Source of the DNA: Podarcis muralis
Lineage: Eukaryota
DNA: 64,000 nucleotides
Direction: 5' to 3'
NCBI RefSeq assembly: GCF_964188315.1
Contig: NC_135659.1
Location: 59,458,001-59,522,000, forward strand
Below, piece after piece: positions 63,096 through 64,000 of this stretch (its first letter is position 1; every line of letters starts with the position of its first letter). Position numbers and translations under genes: made by a program. The notes under the pieces are model-generated. The model made no database searches. It was not told the origin of the DNA and saw nothing but the letters and a program-made list of their open reading frames with translations.

Positions 63096-64000
63096 TTCTG
63101 GCATAGTAGTGAGGATTGACCAATTTTTGTAGTCATGACATGCCAGCAATTTGCCATGATGTGCAGCGGACATAATGTGCAAGCCAGCCCTTGTCTTCCC
63201 TCCCATCTCTGCTCCTTCCACCTTCTATTCACTTCCATTCTTCTTCTGCTGTTTGTTTTTTAACAATGAGTTTCCATCCTTCATTCTGACCTGCCATCTG
63301 CAGATGATCAGACTCTTTCAGGGTTGTTTCTTTGCATGCTAGCTCCTTTCCTGTCTGGCTACTTTGTGCTAAAGGATCCCATTTAGCAACACTGAGAGGC
63401 ACCGTAAAGAAAGGGCCAGGAGCAGGTCATGGGTGCCTTCTGTTCCCAGCAATCCTACCCCGCCCCCTGCTGCTGCTGTGTGTCTGCTCTGTCAGGACAG
63501 CCAGCTATGCAGTCCTGACGTCACTGCAGTGTGCTGCAGCTGAACGTGTAATGCATCCAATTGCTGCAGAATGCATTGACATGCTGCAGCGCGCAGCTTC
63601 ACAGTGTAGAGTGCGGTGGTCTGCAGTGCATAAGTTTCTGGCACAGCTCTGATCTGTGATGCAGTTTAAAAAAAAGTGGGGGGGGGAGGGAGAGTTGGTA
63701 ATGACCCATGAAAGCATAGAATTGGGAGATGCCTTTAGCATGTGATTGGAGGGGGACTGTTCTCTGTAAAGATAACCAGATTGCCACCACAGGCACCCAT
63801 GATCCTGTTTCGTGTTGTAGCTCTGAAGACAGCAGCCTGATTTGTGGGAAACCTATGACTCACATCTCTCATTTCTGTTTCAGGATTATGGCTGCTGTGG
63901 GAATGGGGAGGTCTGAGACAGCTACAGTGCTTTGGTAGTTGTCTGGAGACCTCCCTGCACTGCTTCAAAAGTGCATTGGAAAATACATATTAGAATTTGG

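Overview
Vertebrate genomic DNA, almost certainly a squamate reptile and most likely a lacertid lizard. The repeat complement supports this: Sauria SINE, Squam3/POM-like tRNA-SINEs, BovB RTE, L2 and CR1 LINE 3' ends, hAT and Tigger-like MITEs, and Penelope-type termini. No complete protein-coding gene can be supported. The only clearly protein-like ORFs are reverse-transcriptase C-terminal fragments of L2, CR1 and BovB LINEs. A ~3.3 kb CpG island at ~36.3-39.7 kb looks like the promoter and first exon(s) of an unidentified, probably + strand gene. On that reading ~1-36 kb is upstream/intergenic and ~40-64 kb is first-intron sequence. There is a 348-N assembly gap at 10239-10586. The most notable signal is three complete minimal type-I hammerhead ribozyme motifs carried by two short Penelope-like insertions (31129-31403 and 35613-35743). 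One of these is a ~95-bp-arm fold-back with a triple tandem of the hammerhead core. Other points of interest are a 44-bp hairpin whose only mismatches are G-U compatible, a solo LTR inserted in the B box of a tRNA-Lys-derived SINE, and a candidate spliced minus-strand transcript near 7.7-8.2 kb.
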